Origin: Granulicella sp.
Lineage (GTDB): Bacteria > Acidobacteriota > Terriglobia > Terriglobales > Acidobacteriaceae
Direction of reading: 5' to 3'
DNA: 22,373 nucleotides
Assembly: GCA_027339965.1 (NCBI GenBank)
Contig: DAHWNL010000040.1
Coordinates: 1-22,373, forward strand
Shown here: in pieces, positions 9,138 to 18,500 of the stretch
Position numbering within the stretch: the first letter of the stretch is position 1
Layout: each line of letters begins with the position of its first letter
Translations under genes and position numbers: made by a program
The notes under the pieces: generated by a model
Told to the model about the DNA's origin: nothing
Databases searched by the model: none
What the model saw: the letters and a program-made list of their open reading frames with translations, nothing else

Positions 9138-10049
9138 GTGAGTCTTGCGGCCCAGGACGATTCGTTTCCTCAACTGCTTTCCGTGCAGGATCTTTGCATC
9201 GCCTTCTCCGGAAGGCCGGCCGTGCGCGGGATCTGTTTTGGGATCGCGCCGGGGGAGACCCTGGGACTGGTGGGCGAGTCCGGTTCTGGAAAGTCGGCTA
9301 CGGCGTTGGCGCTGCTCCGCCTGTTGCCGCCGTGCGCGACCGCCGCCGGCAGCGCCCGTTTGGCGCTCAGCGCCGATACTGCGGGTGGCGCGGACGACCT
9401 GCTGCGTCTGCCTGAAGAGGCTGTGCGGCGGCATCGTGGGGCATCGATCGCGATGATCTTTCAAGAGCCGATGACGGCTCTCAATCCCGTAATGACGGTC
9501 GGGCGGCAGATCGGTGAGGCGCTGCTTGCCCATGCGCCGGGAAGATCCCTCTTCGTTCGGGGCGGAATCTCCCGGCGGCAGCTTCGCGAGCGCGTGCTGC
9601 AGGCGATGCGTGAGGTCGCGCTGGCTGACCCGGAGCGGCGCATCGACGACTATCCGCATCAGTTCTCCGGCGGTCAACGCCAGCGCATCACGATTGCCAT
9701 GGCGCTGATCAACAAGCCGCGGCTATTGATCGCCGATGAGCCGACCACGGCACTGGATGTCACCGTGCAGGCGCAGATTCTAGATCTGCTGCGGGTACTC
9801 AAACGTGAGCATCATCTTTCCATGCTCTTCATCTCTCACGATCTGGCTGTGGTCGCTCAAGTCGCTGACCGGCTCGCGGTGATGCGTCGTGGAGAGATCG
9901 TCGAGCAGGGCGAAGCGAGACAGGTGTTGACTCGTCCCCGTCACGAGTACACACGTCAGCTTCTGGCTTCCGCCCCTACCATGAACACCGCCCGCGACCG
10001 TCCGCTGGCGACGATGCTCAAAGCAGCCTCTCCGCGGAGGGTCTCCTAG
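9138..10049 (+). CDS. ABC transporter ATP-binding protein, DppD/OppD (peptide/nickel) family
   Basis: Walker [10 protein letters not shown]-loop [12 protein letters not shown], signature [12 protein letters not shown], Walker [18 protein letters not shown]-loop [14 protein letters not shown] (HPYT-like). Start uncertain (GTG 9138 versus track 9099). Confidence 0.93.
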   Translation: MSLAAQDDSFPQLLSVQDLCIAFSGRPAVRGICFGIAPGETLGLVGESGSGKSATALALLRLLPPCATAAGSARLALSADTAGGADDLLRLPEEAVRRHRGASIAMIFQEPMTALNPVMTVGRQIGEALLAHAPGRSLFVRGGISRRQLRERVLQAMREVALADPERRIDDYPHQFSGGQRQRITIAMALINKPRLLIADEPTTALDVTVQAQILDLLRVLKREHHLSMLFISHDLAVVAQVADRLAVMRRGEIVEQGEARQVLTRPRHEYTRQLLASAPTMNTARDRPLATMLKAASPRRVS

Positions 10050-10198
10050 ATGACGGCCGAGCGCGCCTGCGCGCCATCCAACTGCGCCCAGCGGAGGCTT
10101 GGGGCGGGTATGTCAGAGCCTGCCAATCTACTGAGTGACCGCATTCGGTTGTACATCTCTCGAAGAGCCCGTTTCACCACTCGACCGGTTGGTAGTCC

Positions 10199-10978
10199 AT
10201 GCGCGCCCTGGTAATCTCTGACATTCACGGAAATCTGCATGCGCTGGAGGCAGTGCTCCAGGCCGCGCGGATCCCCATCGGGCGAGGTTTCGATGAGCTG
10301 TGGAACCTTGGCGATGCGGTGGGCTATGGGGCGCGTCCCAATGAGGTTATCGACCTGCTGCGCTCCACGCAGGCCAGGCGCATCCTGCATGTTCGCGGCA
10401 ACCATGATCGTGTCTGCTGCGGACTGAGCAGTTCGCAAGGGTTCAACCCGGTGGCCGCGATGGCCGCCGGCTGGACCCGCCAGCATCTGCGCCCGGAGAA
10501 CCGGGAGTGGCTGCGAGCATTGCCCATGGGCCCGATTCAGGCAACCAGCAGAGCGCTCTGCGCGCATGGCTCGCCTTTGCATGAGGACCAGTACGTCGCG
10601 TCGATGCGAGATGCCTGGATTCCTCTCCAGCGTATGCCCGTCGAGCTCGCGTTCTTTGGCCATACGCACCTGCAGGGAGCTTTTTCCCGTCGTGGAGAGT
10701 GCTGGTCAGAAGAGCATCCTGATTATCCGGCGGAGTCCAGGGAACAGTTGCAGCAGTTCACCCTTCGCGTGCCGAGCGGCGCGCGTTATCTGATCAATCC
10801 AGGCGGAGTGGGGCAGCCGCGCGATGGCGACTGGAGAGCGGCGTTCGCCATCTACGACCAGAGCAACGAGCAGGTCACCTTCTTCCGCACTCCCTACGAT
10901 GTCGCTGCGGCGCAGGCGGCGATCCGGGAAGCGGGCCTGCCGGAGCGGCTGGCCTCTCGGCTAAGTGCCGGCAAGTAG
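10199..10978 (+). CDS. Metallophosphoesterase family protein (calcineurin-like)
   Basis: Motifs SDIHGN, LGDAVGYG, RGNHD, HGSP, FGHTH, INPGGVGQPRDGD, and PYD..LP..LA.RL..G. Confidence 0.93.
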   Translation: MRALVISDIHGNLHALEAVLQAARIPIGRGFDELWNLGDAVGYGARPNEVIDLLRSTQARRILHVRGNHDRVCCGLSSSQGFNPVAAMAAGWTRQHLRPENREWLRALPMGPIQATSRALCAHGSPLHEDQYVASMRDAWIPLQRMPVELAFFGHTHLQGAFSRRGECWSEEHPDYPAESREQLQQFTLRVPSGARYLINPGGVGQPRDGDWRAAFAIYDQSNEQVTFFRTPYDVAAAQAAIREAGLPERLASRLSAGK

Positions 10979-11047
10979 AACATCTCGTGACTGACCCGGT
11001 CCTGCCCCGGCCCATTGCGTGGCCAAAAATCCGGAGAGTATCACGCG

Positions 11048-11671
11048 CTATGGCTCGTACTCCACAAACAGATCGGAAAACTGTCTTTTCAATGCCTCGA
11101 TCTTGGGGATGTCGCAGACCTGGATGTACGGATTGTGCGGATTCTTCATCGCATAGTCCTGGTGATACTCTTCGCCGCGATAGAAGGTGGAGAGCGGAAC
11201 GATCTGAGTCACAATCGGTCCGGCGAAGACCTGAGCAGCGTCGAGTTGCTGTACATAGGCTTGCGCGACCGTTCGCTGCTGCTCACTGGTATAGAAGATT
11301 GCGGAACGATAGCTCGCGCCCACATCCGCGCCCTGGCGATTGAGCTGCGTGGGGTCATGCACCACGGAGAAGAAGACACGCAAGAGCGTGCCGTAACTCA
11401 CCACGGCGGGATCGTACAGGATCTCAATGGCCTCAGCGTGTCCGGTCTTCTGGCTGCAAACATCGTGGTAGTTGGCGGTGGCGGCAGAGCCCCCGCAGTA
11501 GCCAACGGTGGTCTGGACAACTCCCCGCACGCGTTGAAAGACGGACTGCACTCCCCAGAAACATCCTCCAGCGAAGATGGCTCGGTCCCGAGAGCCCGGA
11601 GAGTGTTCACCGGCAGAAGGCTGGAGATCGTGAAGAGGGGCGGGAATCGTCTGCTTGGAATGGGTGGTCAT
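11048..11671 (-). CDS. msrA: Peptide-methionine (S)-S-oxide reductase MsrA
   Basis: AGGCFWG catalytic motif, TGHAEAI, HDPTQLNRQGADVG..YRSAIF, EEYHQDY. SD GGAGGT upstream. Confidence 0.96.
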   Translation of the reverse strand: MTTHSKQTIPAPLHDLQPSAGEHSPGSRDRAIFAGGCFWGVQSVFQRVRGVVQTTVGYCGGSAATANYHDVCSQKTGHAEAIEILYDPAVVSYGTLLRVFFSVVHDPTQLNRQGADVGASYRSAIFYTSEQQRTVAQAYVQQLDAAQVFAGPIVTQIVPLSTFYRGEEYHQDYAMKNPHNPYIQVCDIPKIEALKRQFSDLFVEYEP

Positions 11672-11944
11672 CAGTGTGGAACCTCCAGTGTTGTAGTATC
11701 CGCGCCGCGCGCTGGATGGTCAGGATGAGCTGCTTGACGGAAGATCTTTTCCACTCTGCAGGGAAGAGCCGACCGCGTCCTATCGATCGAACTAGGAAAA
11801 TATTTTCTCTTCAGAGCTTGATGGGAAAACTCTTTCTCTTCTGCGTGCAAAGGCTTGGTGGAGAGGACGCAAAGTTTGGGTGAAGGCGGACGAAACGCCA
11901 GTAACGACAAGGGTTGCAGCGAGTGAACCATGCGAGTTAACGCC

Positions 11945-11967
11945 CACCTAAAGCCTCACTTTAGGTG
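11945..11967. promoter_or_regulatory. Perfect 9-5-9 inverted repeat, candidate operator or hairpin upstream of msrA
   Basis: CACCTAAAG-CCTCA-CTTTAGGTG in an AT-richer part of the HIT-msrA intergenic region. Confidence 0.4.
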
Positions 11968-12241
11968 TTAGAAATCACTAAGGGAGGAAGGTGACTTTAC
12001 GCGATTTTTTGGTTACTTCGCTTCTCGATGATGGATTACTTCCGTTCATTTTGGTAACTGCTGCGTTCGAAGTTCGCCTCACGAGTTTCCACGAAGCTGG
12101 GTGCCATGGATGAGCAAGCGCTCGCGCGAAGAGTGCTTCCAGAAGGTGATTTGCAACCTCGCAGTCCCGGCAAGGCGCTCGAGGCCCTTGCCTCGCCGCC
12201 GAGAGATCGAGGATCCTCAAGCCAGCCTCCATGCCGAGTCT

Positions 12242-12607
12242 CTAGCCGGGCGGCCATCCCATCTCTCTTCCGCCGAGCAAATGCAGATGCAGGTGATCGA
12301 CGCTCTGCCCTCCGTCGGGGCCAGTGTTGATCACCAGGCGAAAGCCGCCGCCGCCGGGATGCACGCTGAGGCCTTGCTGCTGTGCCACTACGCTGGCTGC
12401 GCAGAGAAGCTGACCCAGCAGAGGCGACTCTCCGGCGGTGCAGTGGGTGAGAGACCCGAAGTGCTGTTTAGGAATCAAGAGGACGTGCACAGGCGCTTGT
12501 GGATGAATGTCGGGAAAGGCCAGCACATCGCTGTTCTCATAGAGACGCTTCACCGGGATGGCGCCACTTGCGATCTTGCAGAAGAGGCAATCAAAGTCAG
12601 TAGCCAT
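12242..12607 (-). CDS. hinT: Histidine triad (HIT) nucleotide-binding protein, HinT-like
   Basis: DCLFCKI, AFPDIHPQAPVHVLLIPK, GFRLVINTGPDGGQSVDHLHLHLLGGR.MGWPPG. Confidence 0.95.
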   Translation of the reverse strand: MATDFDCLFCKIASGAIPVKRLYENSDVLAFPDIHPQAPVHVLLIPKQHFGSLTHCTAGESPLLGQLLCAASVVAQQQGLSVHPGGGGFRLVINTGPDGGQSVDHLHLHLLGGREMGWPPG

Positions 12608-12801
12608 GGGTGCATCTTAAACCCAGCCGAGGCGAGATGATCAAGCGGCCGTGAAGCTCGCGTTCGTGAGGCGCAGATAGAAAGGCAAAGCTCCCGACGC
12701 AGAGCTTTGCGGACCATGGTGCGCCGCCACCTGCGCTTCCTTTCTGCTGCGCTTTGCACGTTGCTGCGGCGCGGCGGCCTCACGCCGTTTCATAGCATTT
12801 T

Positions 12802-12900
12802 CAGTGTTGATGGGTGTCCCGAAGAGGGTCTACAGTGGCGTTTTCATTGGGGAAAACGCCCATAGAAGTCGAGGCATTGGGTACACCTACACTCAAACTG
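12802..12900. other. ~100-nt imperfect palindrome (rod-like stem-loop)
   Basis: Nested pairs CAGT(G)TTGA/TCAAACTG, TGGGTGTCCC/GGG(T)ACACCTA, TCTA/TAGA and GGCGTTTTC/GAAAACGCC around the loop ATTGGG. Confidence 0.6.
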
Positions 12901-12902
12901 CT

Positions 12903-14264
12903 TTAGCGTCTGAAGTAGCGGGGATCCTGGCCTGGCGCCCACGGATTGTAGGCTTGCGCGAAGGCCGCGCGATACCCGATCGAGGGGTGGGAGTAGGTCC
13001 AAAACACGTAGAACGGGTTCGGGTTGGGATCAGCCAGAGAGGTTTGGCCCAGCACGTCGAAGGCGTCTCTGGCGGTTGCCTGGGGATCAGCGACCAACCC
13101 ATGGATGGCCTCTTCCCCGTAGATGTCGGCGGCATGTTCATGCCCGCGGCTGTAAGAGTTTTCCATGGGCTCCAGCAAGGCCCCAAAGAAGGAAATGGCC
13201 AGCAGCAGAACGGCCAACGCCGCCCAGTCGTTCTGTGAAGGCACGCCCCATCTGGAACCAAACTTCTTGATGGACCACTGTACAAAGAGATAGCCAAGAT
13301 AAAAGGCTGCCAGAAGCAGGACAAGGATGAAGACGATGGTGTTGCGAATGTGATGCAAAACATAGTGCCCGGACTCATGGCCAAAGACGAAGACGATCTC
13401 ATCCGGAGTCATGCGCGCGATCGTGGTATCCCACACCACCACGCGCTTGCTGGCTCCAAAGCCCTCCACGTCAGCGTTCAGGGTCGAGAGCTTGGCGCTG
13501 GCCTTCATCAGGAACATCCGCTGCGGCGGGATGTTCATATGGCCCTTCTGCACCACCTGCTCCAGGCGGAGGACCAGGGCGGGGTTGGTCTTCTCCAGCG
13601 GCTGGTACTGGAAGAACATGGGCTCCATATAGGGCGCGACAAAGATCCCGAAGAACAAAATGGGGATCGAGACGCACCAGAAGACCAGCCACCACATCCG
13701 CTCCATCTTGCGGATGATCCAAAACAGGAGCATGAGCAGCAAACCGCCAATCCCCCACGCCAGCGCAAAGACTTTGATCTGATCGCGGAACCAACTGGGC
13801 CAGCCTTGTACGGACAGGCCGTAGTGCAGCGAGAGGTGGTGAGCGTAGAGATCCAGCGGGAGATCGAGCAGCGTGGTCGCAAGAAGAAACAGGAAGAGAA
13901 AGACATAGCCCTGCGCCCAGCGATTGGGGCTGATCTTGAGGGATCTGTCACGCATCCAGGCGATGCCGCCGAAGCTGAGGAGAAGAACAAGACACAGGAT
14001 ATCCCAGGCCTCGCCGCCAAAGTGCAACAACTGGCCGACGCTGCTGAGATGCTGTGCCTTGACCAACTCCGCCGGAGCCAGAGAGTACTGCGCCGTGTTG
14101 CCGTGGGGCGGAGCGGCGGCCAACTCCTGTCGGGCAGCTAGGTCGGCGGCATGCTCGGCTCTGGTCTGGCCGGCGCAACCGGTCAGGCACAGGACGAGGA
14201 CGCCGAGCAGAAACAAGAGCGAGCAAAGACGGGTAGAGGACGAATTCCAGGACATCCAGCGCAT
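12903..14264 (-). CDS. M48 family zinc metallopeptidase, Ste24-like, multi-pass membrane
   Basis: HESGH (HExxH), downstream EHAAD, NADVEGFGASKRVVVWDT, YSHPSIGYR and several hydrophobic helices. SD AGGAGA, 10 nt after the rlpA stop. Lipobox-like LTGC at the N-terminus. Confidence 0.93.
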   Translation of the reverse strand: MRWMSWNSSSTRLCSLLFLLGVLVLCLTGCAGQTRAEHAADLAARQELAAAPPHGNTAQYSLAPAELVKAQHLSSVGQLLHFGGEAWDILCLVLLLSFGGIAWMRDRSLKISPNRWAQGYVFLFLFLLATTLLDLPLDLYAHHLSLHYGLSVQGWPSWFRDQIKVFALAWGIGGLLLMLLFWIIRKMERMWWLVFWCVSIPILFFGIFVAPYMEPMFFQYQPLEKTNPALVLRLEQVVQKGHMNIPPQRMFLMKASAKLSTLNADVEGFGASKRVVVWDTTIARMTPDEIVFVFGHESGHYVLHHIRNTIVFILVLLLAAFYLGYLFVQWSIKKFGSRWGVPSQNDWAALAVLLLAISFFGALLEPMENSYSRGHEHAADIYGEEAIHGLVADPQATARDAFDVLGQTSLADPNPNPFYVFWTYSHPSIGYRAAFAQAYNPWAPGQDPRYFRR

Positions 14265-14274
14265 CTCAGATCTC

Positions 14275-15006
14275 CTAATTCAATCGAACCAGATAGGGAA
14301 CGACATGCGGGAACGGCCGGCCGATCCACTCCATGATCGCCACGGCCTCGGCGCGATCGGGACGGGCCGGGCGAATGCGTACCCAGTAGCCGGTGGCTCC
14401 GGCGAACTCTATAACCTGGGATCCGGCGTAGCGGCGCAGCAGCGCCCTCTTCAGGTCCAGGGCATCCTTCCTTGTGGGGAAGACGCCGGTTTGCACGCAC
14501 CAGCTGGACTGGGTCGCAGGCGAGGTACGCAAGTATGCTTCCACCCGAACCCTGGCCACGCCCATACGATAGAGATCGATCTTCTTGGCTGCGCTTTCGG
14601 AGAGGTCGATGATACGCCCGTGCACGAAGGGCCCGCGGTCGGTGATGCGCACCAGCACGGACTTGTTGTTGGAAAGATTGGTCACCCGAACGATGGTCTC
14701 CAGCGGAAGTGTCTTGTGAGCCGCGGTCATACCGGCGCCATCGTAGTAGGAGCCGTCGGCGGCGCGATGTCCGCTGGGAGCGTACCAACTGGCCATGCCG
14801 GTTTCCACAAAATCCGGCCGTCCCTTGGGTAGGGGAATCGGAGCCCGTTCTGAGCGTGCGGCGTTGCTCTGCTGGCCGCCCAGCGTCGGTGGCGGCGGCA
14901 CAGAGGGCTGTGGGCTGCGGTGATGGCAGCCACCGGAGAGCAGCGTCAGCACGCTGGCAGCGATCCAGCCGGCCAGGACCGGCTTTGGCCGCTCCCCGCG
15001 CCTCAT
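14275..15006 (-). CDS. rlpA: Septal ring lytic transglycosylase RlpA family lipoprotein (DPBB + SPOR-like domain)
   Basis: ETGMASWY, MTAAHKTLP, VRVTNL.N.KSV.VRITDRGPF..GRIIDLS..AA. C-terminal VQTGVF..YWVRI SPOR-like domain. Lipoprotein-type signal ending LSGGC if the start is ATG 15006. Alternative ATGs at 15051, 15084 and 15219. Confidence 0.92.
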   Translation of the reverse strand: MRRGERPKPVLAGWIAASVLTLLSGGCHHRSPQPSVPPPPTLGGQQSNAARSERAPIPLPKGRPDFVETGMASWYAPSGHRAADGSYYDGAGMTAAHKTLPLETIVRVTNLSNNKSVLVRITDRGPFVHGRIIDLSESAAKKIDLYRMGVARVRVEAYLRTSPATQSSWCVQTGVFPTRKDALDLKRALLRRYAGSQVIEFAGATGYWVRIRPARPDRAEAVAIMEWIGRPFPHVVPYLVRLN

Positions 15007-15363
15007 GGGCCGGCGGTGACCGGAGACGGTTGCCCTCTGGCCATCCGGCATCCCCGCCGTCAATGGGCTACCCTTGTTCAACATCCAGCCTTCATGATTC
15101 TTGGCCACGGTTCCCGCCGTCAACGCCGTAGCCGGTAGCGTGTGCCTAGCTGGATTCCTTTGTATCTTTATCCTTGCGTACCACACCCGAATTCGGGCTG
15201 CGTCTTTCGCATTTTCCATGTGTCCTCAGGGTCCGATCGCAAGGGAGGGAAGGCGCCGTGCCGAACTCGATGGCGAACGCTCTTGCCTGCGGCTGTGCAG
15301 ATGATCGGTACAGCCGGCACCGCTGCCTCAGAACTCTCCCTGTTGCAGGGCTTTCCAGAGGGC

Positions 15364-15385
15364 GGACGTGGCGGCGTCCTTTTTT
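15364..15385 (+). terminator. Intrinsic terminator-like hairpin plus T6 on the plus strand
   Basis: GGACGT-GGCG-GCGTCC followed by TTTTTT. No convincing plus-strand gene precedes it. Confidence 0.45.
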
Positions 15386-15473
15386 CTGCCCCAGCCGACA
15401 GCCCGCAGTTGGACCGAGTTCGGGGAAGGTGCCCATCAACGCCGAGGATAAGCACGGCCCTGCAAGGAAGTCG

Positions 15474-15502
15474 CCTGGGTGGGATTTGTTCATCCCGCCA
15501 GG
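15474..15502 (-). terminator. Hairpin immediately after the bamA stop
   Basis: CCTGG-G-TGGGAT ... ATCCCG-CCAGG abutting the TAA. No U-tract. Confidence 0.45.
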
Positions 15503-18500
15503 TTAGAAGGATTCGCTGATGGTGAAGCGGAAGGTTTTGCGTGGCTCACGCAGAACGTAATCCGCTCCGTAGTATTGCAGCGCCTGCTGGTAGGTATAGG
15601 CTGCCGCGCCCGGCTCTGTGGCGAATGGGAAGAAGTCCTTGAAGCACTCCTGAGATGTGCCGGAGCACGCCGAACCGCTGGGAGCCACGATCTGCTGCGG
15701 TATCGCCCTGTAAAGCCGCAGCGGGTTATAGGCGTAGTAGATCTGGAACGGCGCATTGATAATCGGCATCAGCACTTGCATATAAAGCCCCGTAGACATG
15801 CGCGGAACGATGTTGGTATGAGGCACGTCCTTCAGGAACTCAGAGTAGGGCGGTAGTTGATAGCCCTGCAGACACTCTCCGTTGACCACCTCCGGGCAGC
15901 CATAGGTGGGGCTGTTGATGGTTGAGAGGCCTTCGGGGCTCATCATCAACTGGTGCGGCTCCAGGTTCATCGTCAGGCCAAAGTCATCGAAGATCGCGAA
16001 GGTGATCTGATTAATGATCGGGAAACGGTACTCCAGGTTCGTGATGGCAGAGGTATCGCCGCCAATCGGCGCCAGACGATAGATGGGCAACGGGATCTGC
16101 ACATCGCCCAGAGCCTGGTCGGTCGGATCGCGAGGGACGCCGGTTCCATCCGGATTCGTCAGGTTGAATAAAACCTTGGTGGGCATGAAGGTATAGGGAG
16201 AGAGGGAACGGATGTCGAAGCCGCGCAGATCATTCTCGCCGCCGTTGTAGATGCGGGAGAAGGGAGGCGCCACCTGGCCGCCAAAGCCGGAGATGTTGGC
16301 TAGCTGAATCCGATAGGCCAAAACATTGTGACCTTCTTTATTGATTCTGATTCCCTTCATGGGGAAGAACTGCCGCCAGGCAACCACAGGCGAGTAGTAC
16401 TTCGTGTTGCCGCCCATACCCGCGAATTGGATAGCAACACTCAGATCCTTGCCGTTATGTGGCCCAATGGGCCGATCCAGGGTGCTGAAGCTGAAGCTGG
16501 GCGTCAGCACGGAGGTGACGATGCCGTTCAACTGGTTCGGACCCTCGATGCCGGAGCGAAAGGCCAGAGTCTGGAAGACGCTGAGCGTGTTCTGGTTGAA
16601 GGTTGTAATGCCGGAGCTCGACCAGGAGTAGGCCACTCCGATTCGGGCTACGCCGGTGCGGCGGAAGAGCGTGCGCAGTGCTTCCGTGGTTTGGATGGTC
16701 AGGCCCTTGGCCGACTGATTGAAGTTGTTCAGCAGCGACTGCTGGGCTGTGGCCAGGTTTTGATTGGAACCGGTCACGGAATAGCTTTTGGAGGGGTTGA
16801 AGTCGGTTTTGCGGTCGAAGACCTGAACGCCAAGCGAGATCGGCTTGTTGTGCAGGTAGGGCTCGGTGAAGCCGAAGCTCAGATTGCGCTCCAGGTCGCC
16901 GATGTTGGCGGTGACGTTCAGCGTCTCTCCAAAGCCGAGAAAGTTGTTGGTTGCATAGTTCACTCCCAGGAAGGAGCCGGAGAGCCCGCTGACGCCACCA
17001 TTGATGCCGATGGAGTTCTTGCCTTTTTCGTGGAGCTTGATGAGCAAGTCCACCGTGCCCGCATCGGTGTTCTGCTGCGTCTCCACGTCCTGGTCGGTCT
17101 TCAGTGTGTCGAAGTAGTCCAGTTGGTTGAGACGCATCAGGGAGAGGTCGACCAGGCGGCTGTTGTACACCTGACCCTCTTGAATCAGCATTTCGCGCCG
17201 GATGACGCGGTCGCGCGTCAGTGTGTTGCCGGTAAACTCGATGCGTGAGACATAGAACTGCTTGCCTTCATCGATGTCGACGTTCAGATAGATCAGATGC
17301 TTGGCCTCGTCGATTCGTGGAATCGGGGTCGGCACCATGTTGATATAACCGCCCTCGCCGTAGGCCTTCTTGAGATTATCGATGCCCTTGGCAAAGAGTC
17401 TTGCATTGAACCAGGTGCCGTCAGCCTCTGGGAAGAGCGCGCGCAGGGCCTTGGCGTTACGGTAAGACTTGTTCCCGGAAAAGGTGATTCCACCCAGACG
17501 GTAGCGCTGGCCCTCTTCGATCGGGATGACGATATCCACGCGCTTGCCCTTGGAGGGGCGCAGGGTGAACGGATTGATGCCGCCGGCGTTGCGGACATGG
17601 GTCCGGGGCTCGCCGGTGATGGCCTTGAAGTAACCCTTGTCGCGGTAGGCTTCGCGCACGCGGTCCGCGTCTTCATCCAGCTTGCTGGCATCATAGGTAC
17701 GCGGGAACAGGTCTTCAAAGATGATCGAGTGCGGAATCCCGATCGGCCTCAGGTTCGCCATGGCTTCCACCAGTTGGCGATGGGAGAGCGCATGGTTGCC
17801 GGTGAAGGCGATCTTGCCCACCTTCACGGTGGGGCCTTCCTTCACGACAAAGGTGAGCGCGACACGCGCCGGAGGAATCGTCTTGACTTCGGTTTTAATG
17901 GTGGCGAACTGATGTCCGTGCTCTCCCAGCATCTCCTGGAGCACCACTTCAGCGTGCTTCACCCGGGTGCGGTCAAACTGACTTTCCACGTTCAGGCCGA
18001 CGTGTTCCTTCTTCAGGCGGTCCATCACGTCGGAGGCCGTGATGGAGCTCAGGCCCTTGTAGTTGATCTCGCTGATAGTGGGTTTTTCGCGCACGTACAC
18101 CAGCAACTGCAGACATCCCTTGCCTTCGACCTTCTCAATCCGCACGGTGTCGAAGTAGCCGGTATTCCATAGTGAATTGAAGTCGCGCTCCACCACGGAA
18201 GGATCATAAACATCGCCGGCGTGGCTGAAGAGCCGCGCGACGATGGATTCCTTGGGAATGCGGCGGTTACCGATCACTTCCACCGGGCAGAGGATCTGTG
18301 GCGCTGAGGCGGCAGAGAACGGAGGGGAGACCTGGACTTGCGCCCTGGCCAGCGCGGAGCCGGCCGGCGCCAGAAGGATGGCCAAAGTAGCCAGACCCGC
18401 GGCGACACCCAGACGCGAGAAGCTCCGGCGATGGGCAGAGATGACGACACGATTCAGGCCGGAGTGGCTTTGGCCAAAGCCAAGGATGCCCAATCGGCTC

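Noticed and set aside
11845..11917. c-di-GMP-I riboswitch-like string (GCAAAG...GGACGCAAAG...GGGTTGC)
   Set aside because: No GNRA-capped P2 stem and no tetraloop receptor. It lies on the plus strand with no downstream plus-strand gene. An Rfam scan would settle it.
11945..11967. Bona fide SoxR/MerR promoter
   Set aside because: Spacer is 5 rather than 4, and no -35/-10 pair with a 19-bp spacer brackets it on either strand. Kept only as a generic operator candidate.
11671..12257. Small ORFs in the HIT-msrA spacer (11671..11931, 11674..11883, 11978..12232, 12036..12257)
   Set aside because: No SD, motifs or convincing composition, and they overlap each other.
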